This document shows positions 27,281 through 36,840 of a DNA stretch of 58,395 nucleotides, in pieces. Origin of the DNA: a virus (Duplodnaviria; Caudoviricetes). The translations under genes were made by a program, and so were the position numbers. Position 1 is the first letter of the stretch, and every line of letters begins with the position of its first letter. The notes beneath the pieces are model-generated. The model saw only the letters and a program-made list of their open reading frames with translations. It did not search any database and was not told where the DNA came from. The stretch is from positions 1-58,395 of the IMG/VR virus record IMGVR_UViG_3300033141_005199; one strand, 5' to 3'.

Positions 27281-27742
27281 TTGGCTAGTGACGTTAAGAA
27301 GATGTGGGTACAGGTTAGGGGTAAGCCGAATGTTGTCGGGTACGCCCCTAGGCTTGTTAAGAGGATTAAGGCTGGTAGGGTGAGGCGTGGATGGGTGTTC
27401 AGAGTCTACGTGTCTAGGAAGCTCCCCAAGAACATGCTGGGTGACGGCGACGTTATTCCACGTGAGATAGGCGGTGTACCAGTCGACGTGGTTGAGCTAC
27501 GCAGATATTTTAAGGATGAAATCATATATGGTAGCAACGTGGCGTTCTTCGACAGCTACTACGCTACCTGTATCTACGCGTTAAGCCTCCTCCTCCTACT
27601 CTCAACGACAACAGTGTTCTCAGCGCTGTGGCTGCTCACAGGCATAGAGGAGTGCCTGACATGCATGGTTGCTGGACTGGTTACATCCATCCCCCTGTCA
27701 TACCTCACGGTTGTAAGCCTCTCCATGCGTAAGGTTGGTTGA
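27281..27742 (+). CDS. Membrane protein with an N-terminal domain resembling the pro-region of Nal1-like serine proteases (probable TTG start)
   Basis: PNVVGY...RVYVSRKLP..L...VIPREIGGVPVDVVE followed by two TM helices. Confidence 0.5.
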   Translation: MASDVKKMWVQVRGKPNVVGYAPRLVKRIKAGRVRRGWVFRVYVSRKLPKNMLGDGDVIPREIGGVPVDVVELRRYFKDEIIYGSNVAFFDSYYATCIYALSLLLLLSTTTVFSALWLLTGIEECLTCMVAGLVTSIPLSYLTVVSLSMRKVG

Positions 27743-27807
27743 CGCGGACACAAACACGGCACCCATTTATATATCGCCGATTTGTTTACATAGGGTAGGT
27801 GAAGTAG

Positions 27808-28284
27808 GTGGGTGGAAACCAAGTAGACAGGCACCCTAAGAGAGATGAGATTCTTCAACACCTCGTTACACGTGACATGACTGTCAGGGAGATAAGTGAG
27901 AACTACGGTGTAACCGTTGACGCCCTCAACTGGTATAAGCGTAAATACTTGAAGCCACGCATCAAGCAGATAGATGAAGACGTGGTTAACGAGGTTCGCG
28001 AGGAGAATAAGCGGGAGCTACGTAAACTATTCTTCAAATATAGGGACGTGCTGGACGCCCTCCTCGCCAAAGCGGTGGACGACATACAGAGTGGCAGAAT
28101 CAAAGCCAACACAGTTAAAGACATAGTGACGTTGATCGACATGGTGACTAAGCTGACAGGCGAACAAGTTGTGAGGGTGGAGATGAAGCACACGTGGGGC
28201 AACAAGGTGAAGGACAACCCGAGGTTCAACCCAGAGGCTAAGGGCAAAATCTACACCATGGAAGACCTCGCTAAGATGAGGTAG
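27808..28284 (+). CDS. terS: Terminase small subunit (HTH)
   Basis: N-terminal HTH; directly precedes TerL. Confidence 0.7.
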   Translation: MGGNQVDRHPKRDEILQHLVTRDMTVREISENYGVTVDALNWYKRKYLKPRIKQIDEDVVNEVREENKRELRKLFFKYRDVLDALLAKAVDDIQSGRIKANTVKDIVTLIDMVTKLTGEQVVRVEMKHTWGNKVKDNPRFNPEAKGKIYTMEDLAKMR

Positions 28285-28292
28285 ATTCAGCG

Positions 28293-30758
28293 TTGGCGGT
28301 TAAAACAGTCAACGTATTCAGGGAAGACTACGAGTATAACCCACACCCCGCGCAGAGACTAGTACACGCCAGCGAAGCCAGGATACGGTGCTTAGTGTGT
28401 GTCCCAGAGGACACTTTTCTCCTTGGGGAGAATAAGGAGGCTAAAGACATTTCCGTAGGCGATGTGCTTCTCGGATGTGATGGGGGTGAGGTTGCCGTAG
28501 TGGATAAGATTTACGCGTCGTCCAGTAGCCTTGTAGAGGTTAACGCAAGGGGGCTTCTCCCATTCAAGGTGACGCCTGAACACCCTCTCCTAGTGTCGGA
28601 GGTTGATAAAAACTCTAATTACTACGCTTACTCGAAGGGTAGGAGAAACAGGAAAACAGTTAAAACAGTTGTCTCAACGATGTGGGTTGAGGCTGGCGAC
28701 GTTGAATGCTTGCTTAGAGGCAAGGATTACAAGACTGAGTACTATTTACATCTCCCAGTAATTAAACCAGCGTCAAACCTAAAGGAATATAGGTTTAATA
28801 ACACATATCAAAAATATAGGCAGGGCTCCCTCCCCCTGAACAAGGATACGGCTTGGGCGATAGGGCTTTACATCGCGGAGGGGTTCGGGAAAAGAAGAGT
28901 TAATTGGTCGCTGTGTAATGATGAGGGTGATAAAGCTGAACGGCTTAAATCAATATTTGAGGAGTTAGGCTATTATGTAAGCATCAGGGAAAAACCAGAT
29001 GTCAGCCTACTTGTGGTCTCAGTCTCCTCCGCAAGCTTAGCCAGATTGTTTAGAGATATATGTGGGCATGGGGCACATAATAAACATATACCATACGACA
29101 TACTCTACCATGAAGACGAGGAAATATTGGCGTCTTGTCTGAGAGGGTATCTTGACGGTGATGCTTTCCAGAGAAAGAACACGCTGTATGTGGAGGGAAA
29201 TACTAGGAGCATCAGGTTGGCGTATGAGCTACAATTGGCTACAGCTAGACTAGGGCAACCATTAGTCCTACATAATGGCAGGTCAGATGACAGTATTTGT
29301 AATGGGCAACTAATTAAGGGGTCTAAGAGATATTGTTTCTCAATCACAGGGTACGACGTGTTGAGGAAGATGGGCTACGACGCGAAAAACCCTCAACAAG
29401 ACAGAAGCTTCTACATTAAACACGGCGACTACTTCCTGATGAAGCTGAAGTCAGCTAAGACAATACACAAGCAGACAAGGGTTATAAACTTCACAACATC
29501 TGATGGAACATTCCTCGTTTCAAACATAGTCACACATAACTGCGGACGTAAGTGGGGTAAGACAACCCTCGCCATAAACGAGGTTGTGGAGTATGCGGGT
29601 GTCCCTGAGAGCATCATCTGGTGGGTTAGCCCAACCTACGGGGTGGGTGACGTTGCGTGGAAGCGGCTGCTCCTCAACCTTAACCCGCTTATAATTAAGC
29701 GTAAGAGTGAGCGGGATAAAACCATCACGTTGATAAATGACACTGTGGTAGCGTTCAAATCCGCTGACAACGAGAAGGGGTTGGTCGGCGAGGGTCTTGA
29801 CTTCGTGGTTATGGAGGAGGCAGCCTACATTAAGGAGAGTGTCTGGTATGAGACTGTCAGACCGAACCTCGGCGACAGTATGCGGAAGGGCGACGCGTTG
29901 CTGATAACGACGCCGAACGGCATGAACTACGTGTACCGTGAGTGGCTGAAGGGTCAGGATAAGCGGTTCCTCGACTACGAGAGCTGGAGATTCGAGCTAA
30001 GCGTACTGCCTATACTTAACGAAGTCATAGACAATATGGACGGCGGCTTCCCCTCGTGGACTAACCCACACTGGACGCGGAAAGAGCTACTATCAATCAT
30101 ACATCAGCCACGCAACATACTACTCCAGGAATACGGCGGAAGATTCGTTGAGGATCTTAGCAACGTGTTCACAGGCGTAGACCAGGTTATAGATAGAAGC
30201 ATTGGGCTTGAAGACCCTGTGCCTGGTAAGAAGTACTATGTGGGCTTCGACGTGGCGCGTAGGGGTGCTGGTGACAACGCGGTTATAACGGTTGTTGACG
30301 GGGACTTGAAGGTGTGCAGGGAGGTTGTGATGAACGGTAAGCCTCTCCCAGTGCAGGTTAGGGTTGCGAAGGAGATATGCGAGGAGTATAATGGGGCGCC
30401 GATACTCGTGGACACGACTAACCCGATGGGTGACAGCGTATTCGAGTTCATATACGAGGAATATAACAACGCTAAGGGGTTCCACTACACTAACGCTAAT
30501 AAACGTGACCTAATGGATAACCTAAGCATCGTCATACAAACCCGTAAACTCAAGATACCGATGAAGAACGATGAACTAGAGGAGCTAGTCAGGGAGCTAA
30601 AGGTATTCGGCGCAGATAGAACCAGAAACGGCAACATAGTGTACAGCGCACCACCAGGCTTCAAGGATGACAGACCGAATGCACTTGCATTAGCTGTTTG
30701 GCTAGCAATGGAGCATAAGCAGAGGTCTAAACCATTCGCAAGATTCATGGTGATATAA
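28293..30758 (+). CDS. terL: Terminase large subunit with intein
   Basis: PHPAQ, CGRKWGKT, VVMEEAA, ITTPNG, GFDVAR, KDDRPNALAL. Confidence 0.95.
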   Translation: MAVKTVNVFREDYEYNPHPAQRLVHASEARIRCLVCVPEDTFLLGENKEAKDISVGDVLLGCDGGEVAVVDKIYASSSSLVEVNARGLLPFKVTPEHPLLVSEVDKNSNYYAYSKGRRNRKTVKTVVSTMWVEAGDVECLLRGKDYKTEYYLHLPVIKPASNLKEYRFNNTYQKYRQGSLPLNKDTAWAIGLYIAEGFGKRRVNWSLCNDEGDKAERLKSIFEELGYYVSIREKPDVSLLVVSVSSASLARLFRDICGHGAHNKHIPYDILYHEDEEILASCLRGYLDGDAFQRKNTLYVEGNTRSIRLAYELQLATARLGQPLVLHNGRSDDSICNGQLIKGSKRYCFSITGYDVLRKMGYDAKNPQQDRSFYIKHGDYFLMKLKSAKTIHKQTRVINFTTSDGTFLVSNIVTHNCGRKWGKTTLAINEVVEYAGVPESIIWWVSPTYGVGDVAWKRLLLNLNPLIIKRKSERDKTITLINDTVVAFKSADNEKGLVGEGLDFVVMEEAAYIKESVWYETVRPNLGDSMRKGDALLITTPNGMNYVYREWLKGQDKRFLDYESWRFELSVLPILNEVIDNMDGGFPSWTNPHWTRKELLSIIHQPRNILLQEYGGRFVEDLSNVFTGVDQVIDRSIGLEDPVPGKKYYVGFDVARRGAGDNAVITVVDGDLKVCREVVMNGKPLPVQVRVAKEICEEYNGAPILVDTTNPMGDSVFEFIYEEYNNAKGFHYTNANKRDLMDNLSIVIQTRKLKIPMKNDELEELVRELKVFGADRTRNGNIVYSAPPGFKDDRPNALALAVWLAMEHKQRSKPFARFMVI
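28398..29540 (+). mobile_element. Class 1 intein (381 aa) at TerL Walker A, with LAGLIDADG endonuclease
   Basis: CLV|CVPEDT...VTPEHP...IGLYIAEG...LRGYLDGDA...VTHN|CGRK. Confidence 0.93.
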
Positions 30759-30817
30759 GGATTGATAGAGATAAAAACGTTACCCATAAATGATGCGGTT
30801 AGTAATGGTGAAGTAGG

Positions 30818-32467
30818 ATGACCAGCATACTTGACACCATCGCAGATAGGTTCGGATACACTAGGAAGGCGGCTGGCGCAAGCATCATACCTGTATACGC
30901 GGATAGCCCGGCGGCTAAGCCACGTGAGCCGAAGTGGGACTACTACACGTTATATGATGAGGCTGAGCGCAACTGGGTTGTGCAGGCTGCGGTTCAAACA
31001 CTGATACGTGAAGTGTTGCGCCCGGGGTGGAACCCGTACACGCCTAAATTCGTGTCTAAGTGTAATGCATGTGGGGAGGAGTTCGCCAAAATGGTTGACG
31101 AGTGCCCTATATGCGGAGGCACAGATATACGTAAACCCGACCCAAGGCAGAAGGAGGTAATCCGACGCATAATTGAGACTCCTAACAGGAACCGTGAGAC
31201 TTGGCGCAAGATACTGTACAGCATACTGTACCATGACTTAATCGCTGACAGGTGGTTCATGAGCATAGCCTACGCCCCGATAATCAGTAAAGACGGAGAC
31301 GTGATGGGTTATAAGCCATCCGAGCTCTATGTTGAAGACCCTAAAGTCATAGAGTTCGTCATGGATGCACGGGGCAGACTCGGCGCGAAGCCCTATGTGT
31401 GCCCACACTGCTTAAGGGAGGATATGTTAGGGGAGGATGCTTCAAGCGACGACATCCAGTACATTAGCTACGAGGAGGGCGCCGTGTGCCCAGTCTGTGG
31501 GAGACCTATGCTTCCGACAACCTACGTGCAGAAATATAATGATAAAACCTACCTCAGATTCACCGACATAGAGATGATCCACGGTAGCACATATAGGCCG
31601 TCGCCTGACCCAGATTCTCAGCCACGACTGGTGTCGGCGTGGAGCAGTCTCCAAACAATGAAGGCGATGGATGAATGGTTCTACGACACGTATAGTGAGG
31701 GTATGCTGGGTAAAATCGTGTTTAACCCAAGCCTCTCGCAGAACAGTATGGATGAGCTTGCGGCGAGCATACGGAGCCAGATAAAGGCACTGGATCAGAC
31801 AGACGCTACGACTGGGGAGGCACGCGTCAAGAAGACTGCACGCATCCTATTCCTAGGAGGCGGTGGAAGCGGTAAAGGCGAGGCAATAACGGTTCACAAC
31901 CTCATGGATGACCCGACCGCCATGAAGGCAATCGAGTACTATAACAAATGTGTGTCAGCGATACTCAGCGTCTACGGGATACAGGCGTCCTTCGTCAACG
32001 TTGACCAGAGGAGCGGTGGAAGCGGAAGCATGGCGGTTAAGCTGGAGGTTCAGAACCACGTCGTAGAGGCTCTTCAAAGGGATAAAGAGGATGCGATAAA
32101 CACTCAGCTATACAGGATACTCGGCGTAACCGACTACGAGTTCAGGTTCAACCCAGTGGTGCAGAGAGACGCCTTGGTTGAGGCGCAGATACAGCAGATA
32201 AAGGCTAGCGCGATGAGCTACCTGCTGTCAAGCGGAGTAGACTTCGAGGTAGACGAGAACTGGGTGATAGTTCCACGCGGGAAACCAGTCCACACCCCAC
32301 AGCAAAGCGTATCTGGTGAGGGAACCACTCCTCAGAAGCCGCAGGTAAGCGACAGAACGGGCAGAGTGATAGAGGGTACGACGGTTCAGCGTAACCCATT
32401 CAACATGAATGAGGATAACAGGGGTGAGGGTGACAGCGTTGTCCCAGGCAGGGGGGCGGTGAGGTAG
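30818..32467 (+). CDS. Portal protein with two Zn-ribbon insertions
   Basis: Position after TerL; PSELYVED, AILSVYGI; CNAC..CPIC and CPHC..CPVC. Confidence 0.85.
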   Translation: MTSILDTIADRFGYTRKAAGASIIPVYADSPAAKPREPKWDYYTLYDEAERNWVVQAAVQTLIREVLRPGWNPYTPKFVSKCNACGEEFAKMVDECPICGGTDIRKPDPRQKEVIRRIIETPNRNRETWRKILYSILYHDLIADRWFMSIAYAPIISKDGDVMGYKPSELYVEDPKVIEFVMDARGRLGAKPYVCPHCLREDMLGEDASSDDIQYISYEEGAVCPVCGRPMLPTTYVQKYNDKTYLRFTDIEMIHGSTYRPSPDPDSQPRLVSAWSSLQTMKAMDEWFYDTYSEGMLGKIVFNPSLSQNSMDELAASIRSQIKALDQTDATTGEARVKKTARILFLGGGGSGKGEAITVHNLMDDPTAMKAIEYYNKCVSAILSVYGIQASFVNVDQRSGGSGSMAVKLEVQNHVVEALQRDKEDAINTQLYRILGVTDYEFRFNPVVQRDALVEAQIQQIKASAMSYLLSSGVDFEVDENWVIVPRGKPVHTPQQSVSGEGTTPQKPQVSDRTGRVIEGTTVQRNPFNMNEDNRGEGDSVVPGRGAVR

Positions 32468-32628
32468 CTGTGATTCCGCGTAGACGTGGGAGACATGGTA
32501 AAATATATGGCCCATACTTCATGATGGATGAGAACGGTGAGGAGGTTTTCCTACCCACCCTAAAGGATAAGAGGAGGTATCTTGAGATGATTAATGAGAG
32601 ACGTGTGAAGCGGGAGGCTGAGGGGTAG

Positions 32629-33441
32629 ATGCCTATACCTGAGCCACGTGAAGGCGAGGAGCAGTCCGAGTTCATAAGCAGATGCGTCGAGGCGATAGCA
32701 GGCGAATACGATGACGTTAAGCAGGCAGTCGCCATATGCTACACGACGTGGGAGCGAGCCAAGAACCCCACTGTCAAAGAGGAGACTGGGAAAAGCGACT
32801 GCGGATGCAGTAAGGAGGACTCTGACCTTAACTTCGTCTCAATAATAACTAAGAGTGATGATAGGTTCATAATAGGTGGATACGCGAACGTCTACATGCT
32901 GGATGCAGACGGTAAAGTCGTGCCAGACTACGATAACGAGGTTGTGTCGCTTGAAGCCCTCGACGAAGCCCTCAAAGTCATGATGAAGAGGGTGAGCAGA
33001 CGTAACCTGATGCTGTACCACAGTAACGTGCAGATAGGGGAGATAATACATGAGTACACTGACTCAGAGGGGGTAACGTGGAAAACCCACGTAGTCCATG
33101 AGCCACACGATCAATATGAGAAGAAGGGCTTATTCATCGTCTGCGAAGTGTTCGATGACACGCCGATAAGCAGAGACATCAGGAAGCAGATGGAGGATGA
33201 GAAGCTACTCAGCTTCAGCATAGGCGGAATCCCCATCAAGAAGGAGCATAAATGCGACGACGAGAAATGCTGGACAGAGATAACGAAGCTATACCTAGCC
33301 GAAGTCAGCTCCTGTGAGAAAGGCGTAAACCAGGAGAGCAAAGCCTTCATATTGAAGCAGCTGGCTGAGGAGAGGCTTCTAGCGGAGATAGCTGAGAGGA
33401 TAAGTGAGCTTGAGGAAGCCATACTCGGCTACACGCAGTAG
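32629..33441 (+). CDS. Prohead maturation protease
   Basis: IIGGYAN, DYDNEVV, MLYH, SFSIGG, EVSSC. Confidence 0.8.
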   Translation: MPIPEPREGEEQSEFISRCVEAIAGEYDDVKQAVAICYTTWERAKNPTVKEETGKSDCGCSKEDSDLNFVSIITKSDDRFIIGGYANVYMLDADGKVVPDYDNEVVSLEALDEALKVMMKRVSRRNLMLYHSNVQIGEIIHEYTDSEGVTWKTHVVHEPHDQYEKKGLFIVCEVFDDTPISRDIRKQMEDEKLLSFSIGGIPIKKEHKCDDEKCWTEITKLYLAEVSSCEKGVNQESKAFILKQLAEERLLAEIAERISELEEAILGYTQ

Positions 33442-33552
33442 ACGCTTCAAACCCACGCCTCCTACACCATGGACACAATTTATCCACCAAACAGTAGTAA
33501 AAAACACCGATACATATAAATACCGTCATATAAATCCACCTATAGACGACAC

Positions 33553-34398
33553 ATGCCGTGCAACGATTCTACTACAATAGAAGACTTAATGAAGCGACTG
33601 GAGAAACTGGAGAAAGCCGTATGGACAACCGCGTACCAGAACAAGCTACCTGACGAAAACTTCTTCTACGTGGAGCCTGGAGGCGAGAAAGACGAGGAAG
33701 GCAAAACAGTGCCACGGAGCCTACGCCACCTACCATACAAGGATGACGAGGGCAGAATCGACAGAGAACACGTATTAGCCGCGTGGCAAGCCCTACATGG
33801 AGCCAGAGGAGGACTTGGCGACTGGGCTACCCCGGAGGTGAAGGAGCAGATACGGCGCAAGATACTTGCAGCAGCGAAGAAGATAGGACTGGAGTTGAGC
33901 GAGGAGAAGAGCAGAGACGTGGTTGACACGGCTGGTATAGTCGAAGACAAAACAGAGAAGGCTGAAAAACATATGAGTGAAGAAGAGAATAAAGCAGAGG
34001 AAGTGGAGGAAGTCGTAGACGAGAAGGCTGAAGACAAGCCAGAGCCTCAACCCGAAGAGGAGAAGGAGACGGTGGCTAAGGGCGACGAGCCTAAAAGAGA
34101 GGACTACGAGTCCCCAGAGGAGTTCTACAAAGCCTACAGTGAGTGGATTAAAGCCAAACAGGCTGAGAAGCCAGTTACAGCGGTGGAGCTGGAGAAAGCG
34201 TTAGAGGACTTCAAGAAGGAAATACTGGCATCCATCAAGGATGTGGCGATACTGGATGGCGTAACCCTAGGTGAAGCCGTCAAGAAGAGCATACCTTTGG
34301 CGAGGAAAACACAGGTTGCCGCAGTCGACTACAAGGAATGGGTGTCGAAGGCACTGGAATTGGAGCCTCAGAGAGTACTAGTCACGGAGGAAAGGTGA
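33553..34398 (+). CDS. Scaffold/head assembly protein
   Basis: Between protease and MCP; N-terminal LPDENF...RHLPY domain, acidic/Lys-rich coiled C-terminal half. Confidence 0.65.
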   Translation: MPCNDSTTIEDLMKRLEKLEKAVWTTAYQNKLPDENFFYVEPGGEKDEEGKTVPRSLRHLPYKDDEGRIDREHVLAAWQALHGARGGLGDWATPEVKEQIRRKILAAAKKIGLELSEEKSRDVVDTAGIVEDKTEKAEKHMSEEENKAEEVEEVVDEKAEDKPEPQPEEEKETVAKGDEPKREDYESPEEFYKAYSEWIKAKQAEKPVTAVELEKALEDFKKEILASIKDVAILDGVTLGEAVKKSIPLARKTQVAAVDYKEWVSKALELEPQRVLVTEER

Positions 34399-34407
34399 TA
34401 AAGGGAA

Positions 34408-35703
34408 ATGTTATTCAAACAACCAGTGATAAATAAGAATGCACCGGAGTTCGGCTCAAAAGAGTACATAGACTACTGGTATAACCAAGGAGGAATCTAC
34501 AAGGCGTTAACAGGCGTAAAGAACGTTGCAACCCTAAACAAGGCAATAGCGCCATGGGATCCCCCAGCCTCACCCTACGGCACATACTTTGAGCCAAAGT
34601 TCTCCGCAGACGTAATGGCGTGGGTGATGCGCAGCGACACCCTGTTCCGCATACTCCCGAAGACCACGTTCCAGAGATACGGGGACAGCTTCAAATACTT
34701 CGCGTCAGACCTCTCAGGAGCAACAGGCGTAGACGGTGGAAGCACGCCGTTCGCCAGCGGGAGCAGTGAGTCAGGTCCAACACTAGCGTCGTTCGAGGAG
34801 TTTAAACCCGCCTACATTATGGATCCGTGGGAGACTGACTTCACCAGCGTGATAGAGAGTCAGTGGCAGCAGACGCCGTCCACAGACGCTGAGTGGCTGA
34901 GGCAGTACCACGCACAGCTGTTCCCAGACCAGATTGACAAGATGCTCACCGAGGACGTTGACACAGTAGCCAACGACGGCTCATCCAACCTGAACGTGGA
35001 GAGCATTGACCGCATCTGCAGCGACTACACTGAGAGCGGGGCAGGCACCACATTCGTAAGCGCAGCGACGGACGGAGACATCTACTGGGGTAAGTCAAGC
35101 CCACTGGTCGACAGAAGCGCGGATAGCGGCGACGTATTCGGAGCCAACGTAGATCTACCCGCCACAGCCGCCGCACGCGTGCTAAGCCTCGACATGATTG
35201 ACGACGTTGTAGCGGACTGCCTAGACTACGCGCCGAGCAAGAACTTCATCATGGTGACTGGGCCGAGGACAGTCAACGAGATTGAGAAGCTTACTGAGGG
35301 TAAGCAGAGGTACAGTGACAGCTGGATAGATGGACCCGTAGGCGTCGAGTACACTGTTAACGGGGTGCGCACCAGACCTGGCAGGGACGCTGGCTTCCTC
35401 GTAAGCAGCTACATGACTAACGGGATACGTATCCCGATATTCGAGAATAAGCACGTGGTCGGCGAGAACGGGAACAATAGGACAACCAAGGTGACTGACA
35501 ACGACATCGGCAACATCTACATACTGAACCTAGACACCGTTGAGCTCAGGGTAGCGTTGCCTGCAACATACTGGAAGACTCCCCCAGAGGCTAGGCTGAC
35601 TGGTGACCGCCTCAAGGATAGACACGCCCTCATGATGGGGCTGCAGCTAATCTGCACAAACTTCCGAAGTAATGGCGCAATAAAGTATCTCAAGAGTGCT
35701 TGA
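34408..35703 (+). CDS. Major capsid protein (HK97 fold, inferred)
   Basis: Size and synteny; ESIDRI, GIRIPI, IYILN, QLICTNF; followed by a T-rich terminator. Confidence 0.85.
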   Translation: MLFKQPVINKNAPEFGSKEYIDYWYNQGGIYKALTGVKNVATLNKAIAPWDPPASPYGTYFEPKFSADVMAWVMRSDTLFRILPKTTFQRYGDSFKYFASDLSGATGVDGGSTPFASGSSESGPTLASFEEFKPAYIMDPWETDFTSVIESQWQQTPSTDAEWLRQYHAQLFPDQIDKMLTEDVDTVANDGSSNLNVESIDRICSDYTESGAGTTFVSAATDGDIYWGKSSPLVDRSADSGDVFGANVDLPATAAARVLSLDMIDDVVADCLDYAPSKNFIMVTGPRTVNEIEKLTEGKQRYSDSWIDGPVGVEYTVNGVRTRPGRDAGFLVSSYMTNGIRIPIFENKHVVGENGNNRTTKVTDNDIGNIYILNLDTVELRVALPATYWKTPPEARLTGDRLKDRHALMMGLQLICTNFRSNGAIKYLKSA

Positions 35704-35708
35704 TAACC

Positions 35709-35732
35709 CTCTTTCCCCTATTTTTTTTATTT
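35709..35732 (+). terminator. Oligo-T terminator after MCP
   Basis: CTCTTTCCCCTATTTTTTTTATTT. Confidence 0.55.
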
Positions 35733-35809
35733 ATAACATTGTTTTGGTGTATCGTAATCTTTTTATAGGTTCATGTGGATAAGTCTGTGACTTTAACTAG
35801 GTGGTGTAG

Positions 35810-36259
35810 GTGGGTAGGTTTAACAAGGATGTAATGTGGAGTAGTGCGTCATGTGAGTGGGAGACGCCTCAAGATATATTTGATGAATTAGATGAAGTGT
35901 TCCGTTTTACGCTTGACCCTTGTGCTACACCCAGCAACGCTAAATGTAATCTATACTACACTGTTGAGGATGACGGGTTATCTAAGAGCTGGACTGGGCA
36001 CCATGTCTTCATGAATCCACCGTATGGTCGTGAGATCGCTAAGTGGGTTAGGAAGGCGTATCTTGAGTCACTGAACCCTGACACAGTTGTAGTCTGTCTT
36101 CTACCATCTAGGACTGACACGCATTGGTTCCATGAGTACTGTGCCAAGGGGGAAATATGGTTTGTGAAGGGTAGGCTTAAATTCGGTGGAGCTAAGAACA
36201 GTGCACCGTTTCCCTCAATGATAGTGATATTCCCGAAGAACCGAGGAGCTAAACCGTAG
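35810..36259 (+). CDS. Phage Dam-family DNA N6-adenine methyltransferase
   Basis: EWETP, FTLDPCA, MNPPYG, LLPSRTDT, GRLKF. Confidence 0.9.
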   Translation: MGRFNKDVMWSSASCEWETPQDIFDELDEVFRFTLDPCATPSNAKCNLYYTVEDDGLSKSWTGHHVFMNPPYGREIAKWVRKAYLESLNPDTVVVCLLPSRTDTHWFHEYCAKGEIWFVKGRLKFGGAKNSAPFPSMIVIFPKNRGAKP

Positions 36260-36506
36260 ACTGCTTTTCATCATAGTATCCGTTTAGGTGTCGCCAGACC
36301 GTTGACGGAGCGTAGCCGAAGTACCGCGCTATCCCCCGTATGCTCCACCCCTCCTCGCAGTGTAGACGCCTCCACTCGTCAACTATGCTCTGCGGAACCC
36401 TTGGGCGACCCGCCTTCCGCCTCACCCAGCTAGGCTCAGAAACACCGCCCACCGTATTCATAATTGTTCCAATACAATACCTATATATATTGGTATTGTA
36501 AGTCAA
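36249..36506 (-). CDS. Small HTH protein
   Basis: GRPR...GWSIRGIARYFGYAPSTVWRHL. Confidence 0.75.
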   Translation of the reverse strand: MTYNTNIYRYCIGTIMNTVGGVSEPSWVRRKAGRPRVPQSIVDEWRRLHCEEGWSIRGIARYFGYAPSTVWRHLNGYYDEKQSTV

Positions 36507-36509
36507 AAC

Positions 36510-36797
36510 ATGGAGAACATGACGTTCAGCTACAGCCGTAACACGAGGAAGAAAATAGACCTATTCGGCACAACCTACGCTACGTGGGGAACATTCACAA
36601 ACGGCGCAACGGATAGCGGCGGAGACATAGACACTGGGCTAGGCTACGTGTACAGCGTATTCCTCCAGCACAAGGGGGGCACAGCGGTCGCAACCGCGCC
36701 CGTCGTCAACGAGACGCTTCCCAAGAGCGGTGGAACCGTCACAATAGTCACAGCCGCAGGTGCCGACGGCTTCTGGCTTGCACTAGGCGAAGCATAG
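36510..36797 (+). CDS. Putative virion/head accessory protein
   Basis: Small beta-rich Thr/Gly protein near MCP. Confidence 0.5.
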   Translation: MENMTFSYSRNTRKKIDLFGTTYATWGTFTNGATDSGGDIDTGLGYVYSVFLQHKGGTAVATAPVVNETLPKSGGTVTIVTAAGADGFWLALGEA

Positions 36798-36840
36798 GAA
36801 CCGTAGGGTTTTTAAGCCACACATCCACATATTTTTTCTG

